Positions 46,205 to 55,089 of a stretch of 64,000 bases of DNA are shown in pieces. The notes below the pieces were generated by a model. It ran no database searches. It was not told the origin of the DNA and saw only the letters and a list, made by a program, of their open reading frames with translations. Source of the stretch: an uncultured Gammaproteobacteria bacterium. Lineage in GTDB: Bacteria > Patescibacteriota > Microgenomatia > JAMCZE01. The stretch lies in NCBI GenBank assembly GCA_964576435.1, contig CAZNUP010000001.1:611030-675029 (forward strand). Direction: 5' to 3'. The first letter of the stretch is position 1, and each line of letters starts with the position of its first letter. A program made the translations under genes and the position numbers.

Positions 46205-48493
46205 TTAGTTTAAACGTAAAAATGTATGTGGCATAGCTTGCTTCAAGTCCCCATGATAAAGAACCGCTCTCCAGTTAATGTCTTGTTTCTCTTCCATCTT
46301 TTTCTTAGAAACTTTAGGCTTATTTTCAACAAATAACCAGTTCATAAATCCAACCCATACGTCTAAGGCAATATTTCCCAGTCCAATGTAAGCAATAATT
46401 GCCCACGAGGCAACAAATGCGTTAAAGAATGCAAAAGCTGCATTTCCCCAGTTTTCTACTTCAACGTTTCGGTAAACCGTAAAAATTGAAAAGGCGACAA
46501 TTAAAAGTGGGGCGATCACATAAACTGGCGCAGTTACAGTTCTATTTTTAATCTTTGGAGTCCTTGCAAAAGGAATCTTTTTACCAGTTAGTGCTTGTTC
46601 CAATGATTTTAAGATACCTGCAAGGTTAACTGGCAACATAATAAGGTTAAAACCATAAATTCTAAAAATATCGCTTCTATTGTATCCACAATATTTAAGA
46701 TCAGACGCCATTGCTAAAAAGTAGGGAAGTGCCGCTAAGATAACGAGTGGACTCAAAAGTCTTCCGTCGTATGGGTAAGCAAGAAGGAAGATGAGTCCAA
46801 ATGTGGCCCAGGCAATTGAGGCAATATAATTAAGTCGAAGCAGAAATTCCATTCTGGTCATAGTCTCTTGTCCTTTTCTGTTTCCCTTAAATTGTGACCA
46901 AAGTTTCCCCATCATGAGAAGTCCGCCATTTGCCCATCTTCGTCTCTGGACTACCAAAGAACCAAAATCCGGAGGAGTTGCACTATAACTAAGCCGTTCA
47001 GGGTAGTTGATGAGTTTCCATCCATGTTTTGTTAAGTCTATACTAGATTCAGTATCTTCAATAACTGTTCTGTCTTGGATGTATCTTTTAATTTCAAATC
47101 CTCTCTCAAATTCTTTTTCAACAATGTCGTTAAGTGCCGCTTTTCTAATAACAGCGTTAGCTCCGACCCAAAAAGTAGCTCCATAAAAAGTCATTCCTTG
47201 ATGGAGAATGTGTTGGATGTCTGTTGTCGCCCCAGCTAGTCTTTCAATTCTTGAATAGGCACCTCTAAATGAAGAGTATGGTGTTTGTGTTACAGCCACT
47301 TTTTCATTTCCAGGTTGTTGTAGGAAATAGACAAGTCTAAGGCAGTATTCTCGAAGAAGTATTGAGTCTGCATCAAGTGTAAGTAAAAACTCACTATCTG
47401 GAACATTTAAGTTACTGGTATTATGTGTTTTAGTTGGAGCAAGGACAGTTCCTCCCATTGTTTTCTCTTCCCTATAGCTCCCACCCATAAGTCCAATATA
47501 AACATTCAAGTTCATTGCTTTATTAAGTTCGTGAGAAACGGAGATGTACTTTTTTCGTTGGAATGCCTCTATATCTGCTTGGAATGTCCAAACCAGTCTT
47601 CTATAAAGTTGAAGGGCCCTGTCAAATGGAATGGCTTCATTGTCTTTAACTGCCATCTTGAGTGCTTTTGCCACAAGATCAAAATCAGAAGCAAGCTCAC
47701 CAAAAACTTGATCGGCAAAAAACACATCAACGTGATCCTCTATTTTTTCTTCTTTACTTTTTTGTCTAAGCCAACTGGATGCCCAAAGGTAACTTTCGGC
47801 AAGCTTAAGTGTTTCATGATTTGAAATCTTTCCTCGTCCTGAGTTTATCGTCTTAAAGTCATTAAAAGATTTTTTGAATTTTATATATGGTTCAGACAAG
47901 AACAATTTAATATCTTTGCCAATATTAAGTGTTTTTTCTTGTCTTTTAGCTTCATTTGGATCTGCTGGATTAGGCTTGTCATCAACTAACAGAACGATTT
48001 TGAGACTTGGATATTCTTGAAGAGCTGCAGAAAGTAATGTTTTTCGAATAACTTGATATTCTTCTCTAAAAGAAGGAACTAAGACTGTAATTCCAGGTTG
48101 TTTATCAGAAAAATGCTTATCAAGAAGTGCTCTAGGAACTCTCATGTGACCATTAAATCTTTGAAGTGCTCCTAGTCTAGTTACTAGATAGATTAAAGAT
48201 GACAATGTAAGAAGCGAAACGACTAGGGCGTAACCAAAAGCCTGCATTGTAAAATGATAACTTTGTGGTCCATCAAAAAGCTGTCTAATTATGATTGAAA
48301 AGATATAGAGAACCCAGAAAAAGACTGTAGCAACAATAGCAAGTCTTCCAAGAGCTAAACTCCAAGTAGATGGCACATCATGTAAGGCGGGAAGTGGGGT
48401 AAAACTTTTTTCAGTTCCCCATTGCCTCTTGTGCTTGTCATTAGATTGGACAACAATTTCTTTAAAATTTCCCATTAGGCAGTAATATAGCAA
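46205..48493 (-). CDS. processive family-2 glycosyltransferase (cellulose/chitin-synthase-like, QxxRW) integral membrane protein
   Basis: Multiple TM helices flanking a GT-A domain with D, DxD (LLTLDADS) and QRRRWANGG motifs; stop abuts the chitinase start (46205/46204). Confidence 0.8.
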   Translation of the reverse strand: MLYYCLMGNFKEIVVQSNDKHKRQWGTEKSFTPLPALHDVPSTWSLALGRLAIVATVFFWVLYIFSIIIRQLFDGPQSYHFTMQAFGYALVVSLLTLSSLIYLVTRLGALQRFNGHMRVPRALLDKHFSDKQPGITVLVPSFREEYQVIRKTLLSAALQEYPSLKIVLLVDDKPNPADPNEAKRQEKTLNIGKDIKLFLSEPYIKFKKSFNDFKTINSGRGKISNHETLKLAESYLWASSWLRQKSKEEKIEDHVDVFFADQVFGELASDFDLVAKALKMAVKDNEAIPFDRALQLYRRLVWTFQADIEAFQRKKYISVSHELNKAMNLNVYIGLMGGSYREEKTMGGTVLAPTKTHNTSNLNVPDSEFLLTLDADSILLREYCLRLVYFLQQPGNEKVAVTQTPYSSFRGAYSRIERLAGATTDIQHILHQGMTFYGATFWVGANAVIRKAALNDIVEKEFERGFEIKRYIQDRTVIEDTESSIDLTKHGWKLINYPERLSYSATPPDFGSLVVQRRRWANGGLLMMGKLWSQFKGNRKGQETMTRMEFLLRLNYIASIAWATFGLIFLLAYPYDGRLLSPLVILAALPYFLAMASDLKYCGYNRSDIFRIYGFNLIMLPVNLAGILKSLEQALTGKKIPFARTPKIKNRTVTAPVYVIAPLLIVAFSIFTVYRNVEVENWGNAAFAFFNAFVASWAIIAYIGLGNIALDVWVGFMNWLFVENKPKVSKKKMEEKQDINWRAVLYHGDLKQAMPHTFLRLN

Positions 48494-48669
48494 TTAACTA
48501 TATATAGTACTGTAGGTAAAGATACGCTACAGAAAGACTATTATAGGTTATTAGCATTTTAAATGCAATGATTTTTACCAATAATATAGAACTTAAGAAG
48601 ATTGCAGACATAATTGAATAAGACCAGACCTCTTGAAATTGTAATATCTTTATGTAAAAGTTAATTTAT

Positions 48670-49104
48670 ATGCATAAGATGTTAGTAGGCCTAGTTGTGG
48701 TCTTTGTAGCAATCACAGGGTTCTTTATTGGTACCCAGAAACCAGATTCGCAGGCAGTATTTGCCCAAACCACGACACCATCCAAAACAAATGCAGGAAC
48801 CGTGGCTTCTGCTGCTTACGCTAAGTGTATTCAAAACGGAGGGTTTGTTACTACAGACAGAAGAGGTTCAAGTGGTTTTTACAACATTTGCAATTTCTCA
48901 GACGACATGACATGCGAACTATATGCTCTTTATGAAGCCCAGTGTCCTATTGGTGGAGTTCACACAATCGGCTACAACACAAAACCACAAGTCTTTTGTG
49001 CCTTAAGGGGAGGTACCCCTCAAGGAAAAGATAATGGCCAATGTAAAATGCCAGACGGAAAAACTTGTTCTACAAGCCAAGTCTACAAAAACTTTTCTTG
49101 CTAA
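48670..49104 (+). CDS. Cys-rich secreted DUF333-like (putative hemolysin-like) protein
   Basis: N-terminal TM then a Cys-rich domain containing CIQNGGF...C...C, typical of DUF333. Confidence 0.4.
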   Translation: MHKMLVGLVVVFVAITGFFIGTQKPDSQAVFAQTTTPSKTNAGTVASAAYAKCIQNGGFVTTDRRGSSGFYNICNFSDDMTCELYALYEAQCPIGGVHTIGYNTKPQVFCALRGGTPQGKDNGQCKMPDGKTCSTSQVYKNFSC

Positions 49105-49383
49105 AAGATGCCTGAAACAATTCCCTCAACTACATTACGTTAGTTTAGCCCCTACCGATTAATAAAAATTACACAATGATATTCCAGAAATCAAAGTAAG
49201 AAGAGTCGTTTAAACTAGTTTTTAAAAAACACTCCCACAAACCTATTCAACCCTATCAAGTAATTTAGTTTAACAGTATTATTTTGCTGGCTCTGGTTGA
49301 TGATTTCCGAACCGTTAAATGGTCAGAAATCATTCCTTACCCCGAATTAGTATATCAAAAGTCCCAACAATACCTACAGCTCT

Positions 49384-49650
49384 ATGCACAGAATTAACTA
49401 CTTTTTCATTGCTGCATTATCCTTATTTGCTGGATTATTCATTGGGATGTTTATAACAACCTGGCATTACCTTGACCATCCTGTGATAAAAGAAGTTGAG
49501 AAGCAGCCTGTAAATGTAGAAAACAACTACTACCTTAAGCGAGAGGAAAACTACATAATAATGCCGACCCCCTATACCACCCCATTTTTTGAAAACCAAA
49601 ACCAGGCAAGACCCCGAACAAGTCTGCGATATATTTTTAGAAAAGGGTAA
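49384..49650 (+). CDS. small hypothetical membrane protein
   Basis: 88 aa, one TM helix. Confidence 0.25.
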   Translation: MHRINYFFIAALSLFAGLFIGMFITTWHYLDHPVIKEVEKQPVNVENNYYLKREENYIIMPTPYTTPFFENQNQARPRTSLRYIFRKG

Positions 49651-49665
49651 TCGCTGAATTGATGT

Positions 49666-50967
49666 TTACTTCCAAATCTTCCATTCTTCTTTAAATTGTT
49701 GAGCTAAATATTCATTACTTCCAGGTTTTGAAGTTGCCATAGCATGTTCAGCCATATCAACAACTACCTTTGCTGACAAGAATTCTGATCCTATTCGTAA
49801 TAAAACTTCTCTAGGAATTTTGTATACAAAGCTACCTTTTGATAGAACAGGAAAGTGTTTGCTATCTTTCACTAATGACTTTCTTTCAGCAATTGTTTTT
49901 GCATTCCACATTAGTTCTAATATTTCATTTGAATATTGCAAATGCCACCCCTTACCTTCAAGAGACTTAACAAGATTACTTTTACTGATAAATGAGACAA
50001 GTCTTACCTTCCCCATCATGATATCCGCAACTAATGATTCCTCAAATGGGAAAATAGAATACGGGGCTGCATTTGGACTGAAGCTGTCAAAAAGCATAAA
50101 GTTGTCTATGGCAGCTGAAAATGCATCGCTAGGTTTGAATGGATTGGATGGAAATATAGACATCTCGTCAGTCTTTTTGAAATAACTGTTTACATTGTCA
50201 AAATACATACAAATCACCCATAGATAAGGTGCAACTCTCATTGAGCGAATACCATTCTCACTTTGCTTTGCCTTTATCAAAAGTTTTTCAACTTGAGGCA
50301 AAAAGTTTTTGGGGTATCCGTCTATCTCGACATACTGTGCATTCATGTCAGCTATCCGAATAGTTTTACTATTTAGTTCTTCAATCAAAACGCTTAATTT
50401 TTTCTTTTGATTTCCTTTAGCTTTTCCTTTTAGTTTTATTTCTTTAATAATCAACTTATCTTTATAAAATCCAGTTATGTCTCCATATCTCAAAAAGTTT
50501 GTGAGGTCATTTAAGATAACAATACTTTTTAAATTTCGGACAACTAGTTCTGCATATCTTGCTTCTTCAAAAAAACCTTTCAAGTTAAGATGACCAGTTT
50601 GTGGGTGTCCTGCAAGAGCTCTTAAAAGAGGTCTATTAGTTTTCAATAATCTCCATGCAACACCATCCATTACTTGCATAAGAACTCTTCGTTGGGCTTT
50701 ATATATTTCCCTAGAAAGCCACTCAATATTTTGAGATTCTCTATCAGCCTTGTCCTTTAACAGCTCAATATCTTGCTCAAGGGGAATAATCTTTTTAACG
50801 ATATTTGCCTGAACCTTCAATAATTGAAGTGGGGTGATTTTTGGTTTTCTAGTTTCCTTTAAAGTTTTTACAACGAACTCATAAATACTTTGGAATGAGG
50901 AATGGTCAACAATCTTTATAATCTCTTCTGAGGTCAAAAATCTTTCATCTTGCATAAGCAATATCAA
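49666..50967 (-). CDS. hypothetical 433-aa protein downstream of the MerR-family gene (weak PD-(D/E)xK-like D...ExK block)
   Basis: No recognised family; GDITGFYKDKLIIKEIKLK has D-x13-E-x-K spacing. Track start is a TTG; an in-frame ATG lies 4 codons in. Confidence 0.4.
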   Translation of the reverse strand: MILLMQDERFLTSEEIIKIVDHSSFQSIYEFVVKTLKETRKPKITPLQLLKVQANIVKKIIPLEQDIELLKDKADRESQNIEWLSREIYKAQRRVLMQVMDGVAWRLLKTNRPLLRALAGHPQTGHLNLKGFFEEARYAELVVRNLKSIVILNDLTNFLRYGDITGFYKDKLIIKEIKLKGKAKGNQKKKLSVLIEELNSKTIRIADMNAQYVEIDGYPKNFLPQVEKLLIKAKQSENGIRSMRVAPYLWVICMYFDNVNSYFKKTDEMSIFPSNPFKPSDAFSAAIDNFMLFDSFSPNAAPYSIFPFEESLVADIMMGKVRLVSFISKSNLVKSLEGKGWHLQYSNEILELMWNAKTIAERKSLVKDSKHFPVLSKGSFVYKIPREVLLRIGSEFLSAKVVVDMAEHAMATSKPGSNEYLAQQFKEEWKIWK

Positions 50968-50980
50968 ATTCAGGAATTAA

Positions 50981-51778
50981 CTATTCTATCGGCAAATATA
51001 TTTCAAAAAACTGCCTGGTATTATCCGAATCAACCTTACGATAGATTTCAAAGTCAGGAACATTTTTTTTAACTTTCAACTTATGGATTCGGCAATATTT
51101 TTCTAACTCTTTCCAAAAAAGTGATAGCAAACTACCAGAGCCATTGTGTGTATAGGTAACCACCTTGCCTGGATTAAACTCAAAATACTTAACCTCACTT
51201 TTAAATTGTCCTTTCACTTTCATTTGCTTATTCGCCAGAGCCCCTATCCTAATCTTGCTTTGCTTAGGCTGGTAAGTGGGATTATCAAATATAGCCAAGG
51301 TCGTGAAGTCTTGACCCTTATTTTCAAACATTTCTTCTAACTCTTCGCAATAGTCACCAATCTTGGAGTAAGGTCCAACTTTCTCAATGTAATAAACTCC
51401 AAACGATTTCAAGGTTTTAATCTCAGGCTTAACCATTGTGCCATTTAACTTCATGTTCCCTAAAAACTTATCGAGACTAGTGAGGTTAAATTCGAGCTGT
51501 TTTATCTGCTTTTTAATAAGGGACTTTTTGCTATTAAAAAGCCCTGTTAAGTTTCCTTTATTCTTTAGGTAAAGTTTAATCTCATCTAACGAGATACCGA
51601 GAGTGGTCAGTAAGAGGATCATTTGATAGTCAAGAACTTGTTCTTCAAGGTAATAACGATACTTCCGACTATTAACCTTAACAGGCTTCAAAACGCCCTT
51701 TTCATCATAGAAATGGACTGTCCTTTTGGTTGTGTTAGCCAGCTTCGCAAACTCGCCTGGAGTGATATAGTTGCTCAT
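50981..51778 (-). CDS. MerR-family transcriptional regulator with C-terminal GyrI-like effector-binding domain (BmrR-like)
   Basis: N-terminal MerR HTH (YITPGEFAKLANTTKRTVHFYDEKGVLKP), coiled-coil linker, C-terminal GyrI-like fold ending ...FFEIYLPIE. Confidence 0.75.
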   Translation of the reverse strand: MSNYITPGEFAKLANTTKRTVHFYDEKGVLKPVKVNSRKYRYYLEEQVLDYQMILLLTTLGISLDEIKLYLKNKGNLTGLFNSKKSLIKKQIKQLEFNLTSLDKFLGNMKLNGTMVKPEIKTLKSFGVYYIEKVGPYSKIGDYCEELEEMFENKGQDFTTLAIFDNPTYQPKQSKIRIGALANKQMKVKGQFKSEVKYFEFNPGKVVTYTHNGSGSLLSLFWKELEKYCRIHKLKVKKNVPDFEIYRKVDSDNTRQFFEIYLPIE

Positions 51779-51780
51779 AT

Positions 51781-51811
51781 TTGACTATAACGTTACGTTA
51801 TACATTATTAT
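51781..51811 (+). promoter_or_regulatory. MerR-type promoter for uvrA2: TTGACT - 19 bp spacer containing the palindrome TAACGTTACGTTA - TATTAT
   Basis: -35 at 51781-51786, -10 at 51806-51811, perfect 13-bp palindrome 51788-51800 centred in the 19-bp spacer. A divergent TTGACA(rc 51831-36)-18-TATAAT(rc 51807-12) on the minus strand overlaps it and would drive the MerR gene. Confidence 0.55.
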
Positions 51812-51841
51812 ATCCTATAAAGTTAGGAGGTGTCAAGCTTT

Positions 51842-54085
51842 ATGGATACTATTGTCATAAAAGGAGCCAAAGAGAACAACCTTAAAAAGGTCGATTTAAA
51901 GATCCCCAGAAATAAGGTTATCTGTTTCGTGGGTGTCTCAGGCTCAGGAAAGTCAACAATTGCTTTTGACATTGTAGCTAGAGAAGGTCAGAGGCAGTAT
52001 TTTGAGTCTTTACCCGCATTTGCTAGAAGGTATCTTCAAAAGGCTAATAGACCAGACGTTGAGGAAATTAGAGGTATCTCTTCAACCATTATTATTAGCC
52101 AAGACAGAGTTGCTAGTAACCCAAGATCAACTGTTGGCACACTAACAGAAACATATACTTATTTGCGAATGCTCTACTCCAGAGTAGGTTTGCCATCGTT
52201 AGATTCTTCTTATTATTCCTTCAACCATCCGAATGGTGCATGTCCAAAATGTAAAGGGCTTGGCAAGGCATTAGAACTTGACCCCAAAAAGCTTATTGAC
52301 TTTAATAAAAGCTTGAATGAGGGAGCTCTGTTGCACAGTGAATGGAAGGTTGGAGGCAGAATGTGGTCAATTATTAAGGCTACCCATTTTTTTGAGATGG
52401 ATAAGAAAATTAAGGACTTTGACAGTGAGGACATTGAAAAGTTGTTATATGCACCAAAGCAATTATGGCAAGATGAAAGCGAGTATGGAGCTAATAAATG
52501 GACTTATCAAGGGATTATAACCAGACTTCAAAGTAGAGACCGCCATGACCGAGATGAACTGGGTTATGTTAAGGAGTCCGAATGTAGTGAGTGTAATGGG
52601 GGCAGACTTAATAGCAAAGCTTTGAGCGTAAGGTTAAATGGTAAGAATATTGGAGAGGTTGGCAACATGTCCTTGCCAGATTGCCTTGGATTTGTGCAGT
52701 CCATTGATCTTCCCCAAGCTATGATTATTAGACCACGACTAGAAGAACAACTGCAGAACCTTGTAGATGCTGGGGTTGGATATTTGTCTCTTAATAGGTC
52801 AACTGACACTTTGTCAGGTGGGGAAGCTCAAAGAGTGAAATTGGCTCGTCAGATGGGTTGCGACTTGATTGAGACAATATATGTTCTTGATGAACCTACA
52901 GCTGGACTTCATCCAAGAGATGTAGATAAAGTAATTAAAAACTTAACAAAGCTACGAGACTCTGGTAACACCGTGCTAGTCGTGGAGCATGATCCAGCTG
53001 TAATAAAAAGTGCTGACTATATAGTTGAAGTCGGACCAGGTGGTGGCAAAAATGGAGGGACAATCATTGCTCAAGGATCGTTGAAAGAAATATATGATAG
53101 CCCCAAGTCTGTATCGTCTTCCTATTTGAAAAATGGTTTGCACACAACTAAGAGAGACTCACAGAGAGAACCAACTGGCTCTCTGAAAGTTATAAATGCT
53201 AATAGAAATAACCTTAAAGGATTAGACGTAAGCATCCCCACTGGTGTTTTGGTTGCACTCACAGGTGTTTCAGGATCAGGAAAAAGTTCACTTGTTGAGG
53301 AGATTTTAGCTCAGCATGGAGAGAAAATTGTCATGATTGATCAAAGCCCTGTTGGTAATAATAAAAGAGGTTGTATTGGCACCTATACAGGAGTATTTGA
53401 TATTGTCAGAAGAATATTTGCAAAAGAACATGGCATGTCTGAAAGCCTATTTAGCTTCAACTCACATGGTGCTTGTGACGAATGTGACGGGCTTGGCTAC
53501 ATTGATATGGAAATGAATTTTTTAGGTAATGTAAAGATACACTGCGAGACCTGTAATGGCAGTAGATATAAAGAAAAGGTTCTTCGCTACAAATATAAGA
53601 AAAAGAACATTGCAGAAGTGCTGGGTATGACCGCAGCTGAAGTAAGTGAATTATTTGACAACAATGAAATTAAAAGTAAAACCAGCCTTCTAGTGGAGGT
53701 GGGGCTTGATTATATGGAGTTGGGGCAAAGCTTGGACACTCTATCTGGTGGCGAGTCTCAACGACTAAAGCTCGCAAGCAGGCTGCAAAATAAAGGAGAG
53801 TTCTACATTTTGGACGAACCCACATCTGGCTTACACTTCGCTGACATAGAGAAGCTAATGCGACTTCTTAATAAGTTAGTTGACAATGGCAACACAGTAT
53901 TAGTGATCGAACACAATTTGGATGTCATTAGTCAGGCAGATTGGATTATTGACTTAGGACCTGAGGGAGGAGATAAAGGTGGAGCGATTGTTGCTCAGGG
54001 AACTGTTAAAGAAATTATGAATGAAAAGAGCTCATACACGGGTCAATATCTACTGAAAAGCTTTAACCACCAATCTTCTTCCTAA
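51842..54085 (+). CDS. UvrA paralog, class II (UvrA2/DrrC/Ecm16-like), lacking the UvrB-interaction domain
   Basis: 747 aa from ATG 51842 (SD GGAGGTG at 51826-32; track starts at GTG 51830). Two ABC modules (GVSGSGKST; GVSGSGKSS; [16 protein letters not shown]), zinc-finger Cys pairs (CPKCKG; CDECDG...CETCNG), about 220 aa shorter than the canonical UvrA at 2951. Confidence 0.85.
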   Translation: MDTIVIKGAKENNLKKVDLKIPRNKVICFVGVSGSGKSTIAFDIVAREGQRQYFESLPAFARRYLQKANRPDVEEIRGISSTIIISQDRVASNPRSTVGTLTETYTYLRMLYSRVGLPSLDSSYYSFNHPNGACPKCKGLGKALELDPKKLIDFNKSLNEGALLHSEWKVGGRMWSIIKATHFFEMDKKIKDFDSEDIEKLLYAPKQLWQDESEYGANKWTYQGIITRLQSRDRHDRDELGYVKESECSECNGGRLNSKALSVRLNGKNIGEVGNMSLPDCLGFVQSIDLPQAMIIRPRLEEQLQNLVDAGVGYLSLNRSTDTLSGGEAQRVKLARQMGCDLIETIYVLDEPTAGLHPRDVDKVIKNLTKLRDSGNTVLVVEHDPAVIKSADYIVEVGPGGGKNGGTIIAQGSLKEIYDSPKSVSSSYLKNGLHTTKRDSQREPTGSLKVINANRNNLKGLDVSIPTGVLVALTGVSGSGKSSLVEEILAQHGEKIVMIDQSPVGNNKRGCIGTYTGVFDIVRRIFAKEHGMSESLFSFNSHGACDECDGLGYIDMEMNFLGNVKIHCETCNGSRYKEKVLRYKYKKKNIAEVLGMTAAEVSELFDNNEIKSKTSLLVEVGLDYMELGQSLDTLSGGESQRLKLASRLQNKGEFYILDEPTSGLHFADIEKLMRLLNKLVDNGNTVLVIEHNLDVISQADWIIDLGPEGGDKGGAIVAQGTVKEIMNEKSSYTGQYLLKSFNHQSSS

Positions 54086-54279
54086 TCAAAGGTGTCTTCC
54101 CAACTACCATCATGGAGATGCTCTAGGCACGATTATCCTTATATATACATGTTAATACATGATCTATATGAACTATAAGTATAAATAAACTTACGGGGGC
54201 AAGATGGAGAGGTAAGAGGTATGAGGTTATCTAAAAGTGTTCGATTGTTGATTTCCTACTTGCCGAGGTGGTAGTAGTT

Positions 54280-54321
54280 GTAGTATTACTACTTGACATA
54301 CTAGTTGTTGTGTGATATTGT
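54280..54321 (+). promoter_or_regulatory. palindrome GTAGTATTACTAC abutting TTGACA-17-TATTGT promoter; ATG of the first ORF lies ~7 nt after the -10 (leaderless-like)
   Basis: 13-bp perfect palindrome 54280-54292; -35 54293-98; -10 54316-21; ATG 54328. Confidence 0.35.
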
Positions 54322-54327
54322 TTTATT

Positions 54328-54642
54328 ATGGCAAGCACAAAAGATACATTAAGACAAAAATCTAATGAAGTCCTCGAAGGAATTTTGGTATTCCTCTCAA
54401 AGAAAGACAAAGAAATTTCGTTTGAAGATTTGGAAGATAAGTTCCCCAACATTAAAGGTAAACAGCTCGGCAGTTTATTCTCTGGCATTACCAGAACACT
54501 TATTAATGGTAAGAGATTAACCATCTCCATTCCCCAGTTCGGTAGCCGTAGAAAGGTATGGAAATTGAGTAAAGAATTAACTGACAAAGAACTAGAAGAG
54601 GTCGAGGTTACAGTTAAGGAAATACTGGAGGAACGAAAATGA
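54328..54642 (+). CDS. hypothetical protein (first gene of element module)
   Basis: 104-aa ORF directly after the promoter; overlaps next ORF by 4 nt. Confidence 0.4.
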   Translation: MASTKDTLRQKSNEVLEGILVFLSKKDKEISFEDLEDKFPNIKGKQLGSLFSGITRTLINGKRLTISIPQFGSRRKVWKLSKELTDKELEEVEVTVKEILEERK

Positions 54643-54833
54643 AAATTCTAACTCAAATGGATTTTTTGATTACAGCCTTTATGCATTTTCTAAAAGCAAA
54701 TTTAGGCATGGCAAACGATTTAGCTGGTAAAGGTAAATTCGTTCTTGAAATTACAGACTCACAAATTAAAGGAAGATATATCAGTGAAGGTAAAACTGAA
54801 AAATTAAAAACAATAAGTTATCAGTCAAAATAA
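54639..54833 (+). CDS. small hypothetical protein
   Basis: 64 aa, ATGA overlap with the upstream ORF. Confidence 0.3.
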   Translation: MKILTQMDFLITAFMHFLKANLGMANDLAGKGKFVLEITDSQIKGRYISEGKTEKLKTISYQSK

Positions 54834-54901
54834 ATAGCCGTTAAGATTCGCAGAGGAACTGGGCTGAAAAAGTAGTTTCTCGCCAGACATGAAGGGAACA
54901 A

Positions 54902-54929
54902 GGCATGCAAGTTAAAGCATGCCTTTTTT
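54902..54929 (+). terminator. rho-independent terminator (GGCATGC-aagttaaa-GCATGCC + T6)
   Basis: 7-bp perfect stem followed by TTTTTT. Confidence 0.6.
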
Positions 54930-55089
54930 AATACCTTTATGTTAAGCAAGGAACTAATAAACGAATTAAAAATAATACTAAAAGAGGAATATAACCTCGA
55001 ACTTACTTATGGTGAGCTTGTTAACCTTGCAACTAGACTTGTCGGATTCTTTGATTTGCTTGCAAAACTTAATTTTAAGGAGGAGCAGC

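Noticed and set aside
49284-49340. Sequence resembling part of the tRNA-Gln anticodon/T-arm (TTTTGCTGGCTCTG...TTCCGAACC) and a 9-bp-stem hairpin (GATGATTTC...GAAATCATTC), considered as the far att site of the integrative element
   Set aside because: Similarity to tRNA-Gln is patchy and it is in the opposite orientation to the intact tRNA, so it is not a direct repeat; retained only as a hairpin of unknown role.
55009-55089. Upstream extension of the Rep-like ORF (track start 55009) and an overlapping 52-codon ORF 54939-55097 (MLSKELINELKIIL...)
   Set aside because: Neither has an RBS, whereas ATG 55090 has AAGGAGGAG at ideal spacing; the 52-aa ORF starts inside a terminator T-run. Kept only as a possibility.
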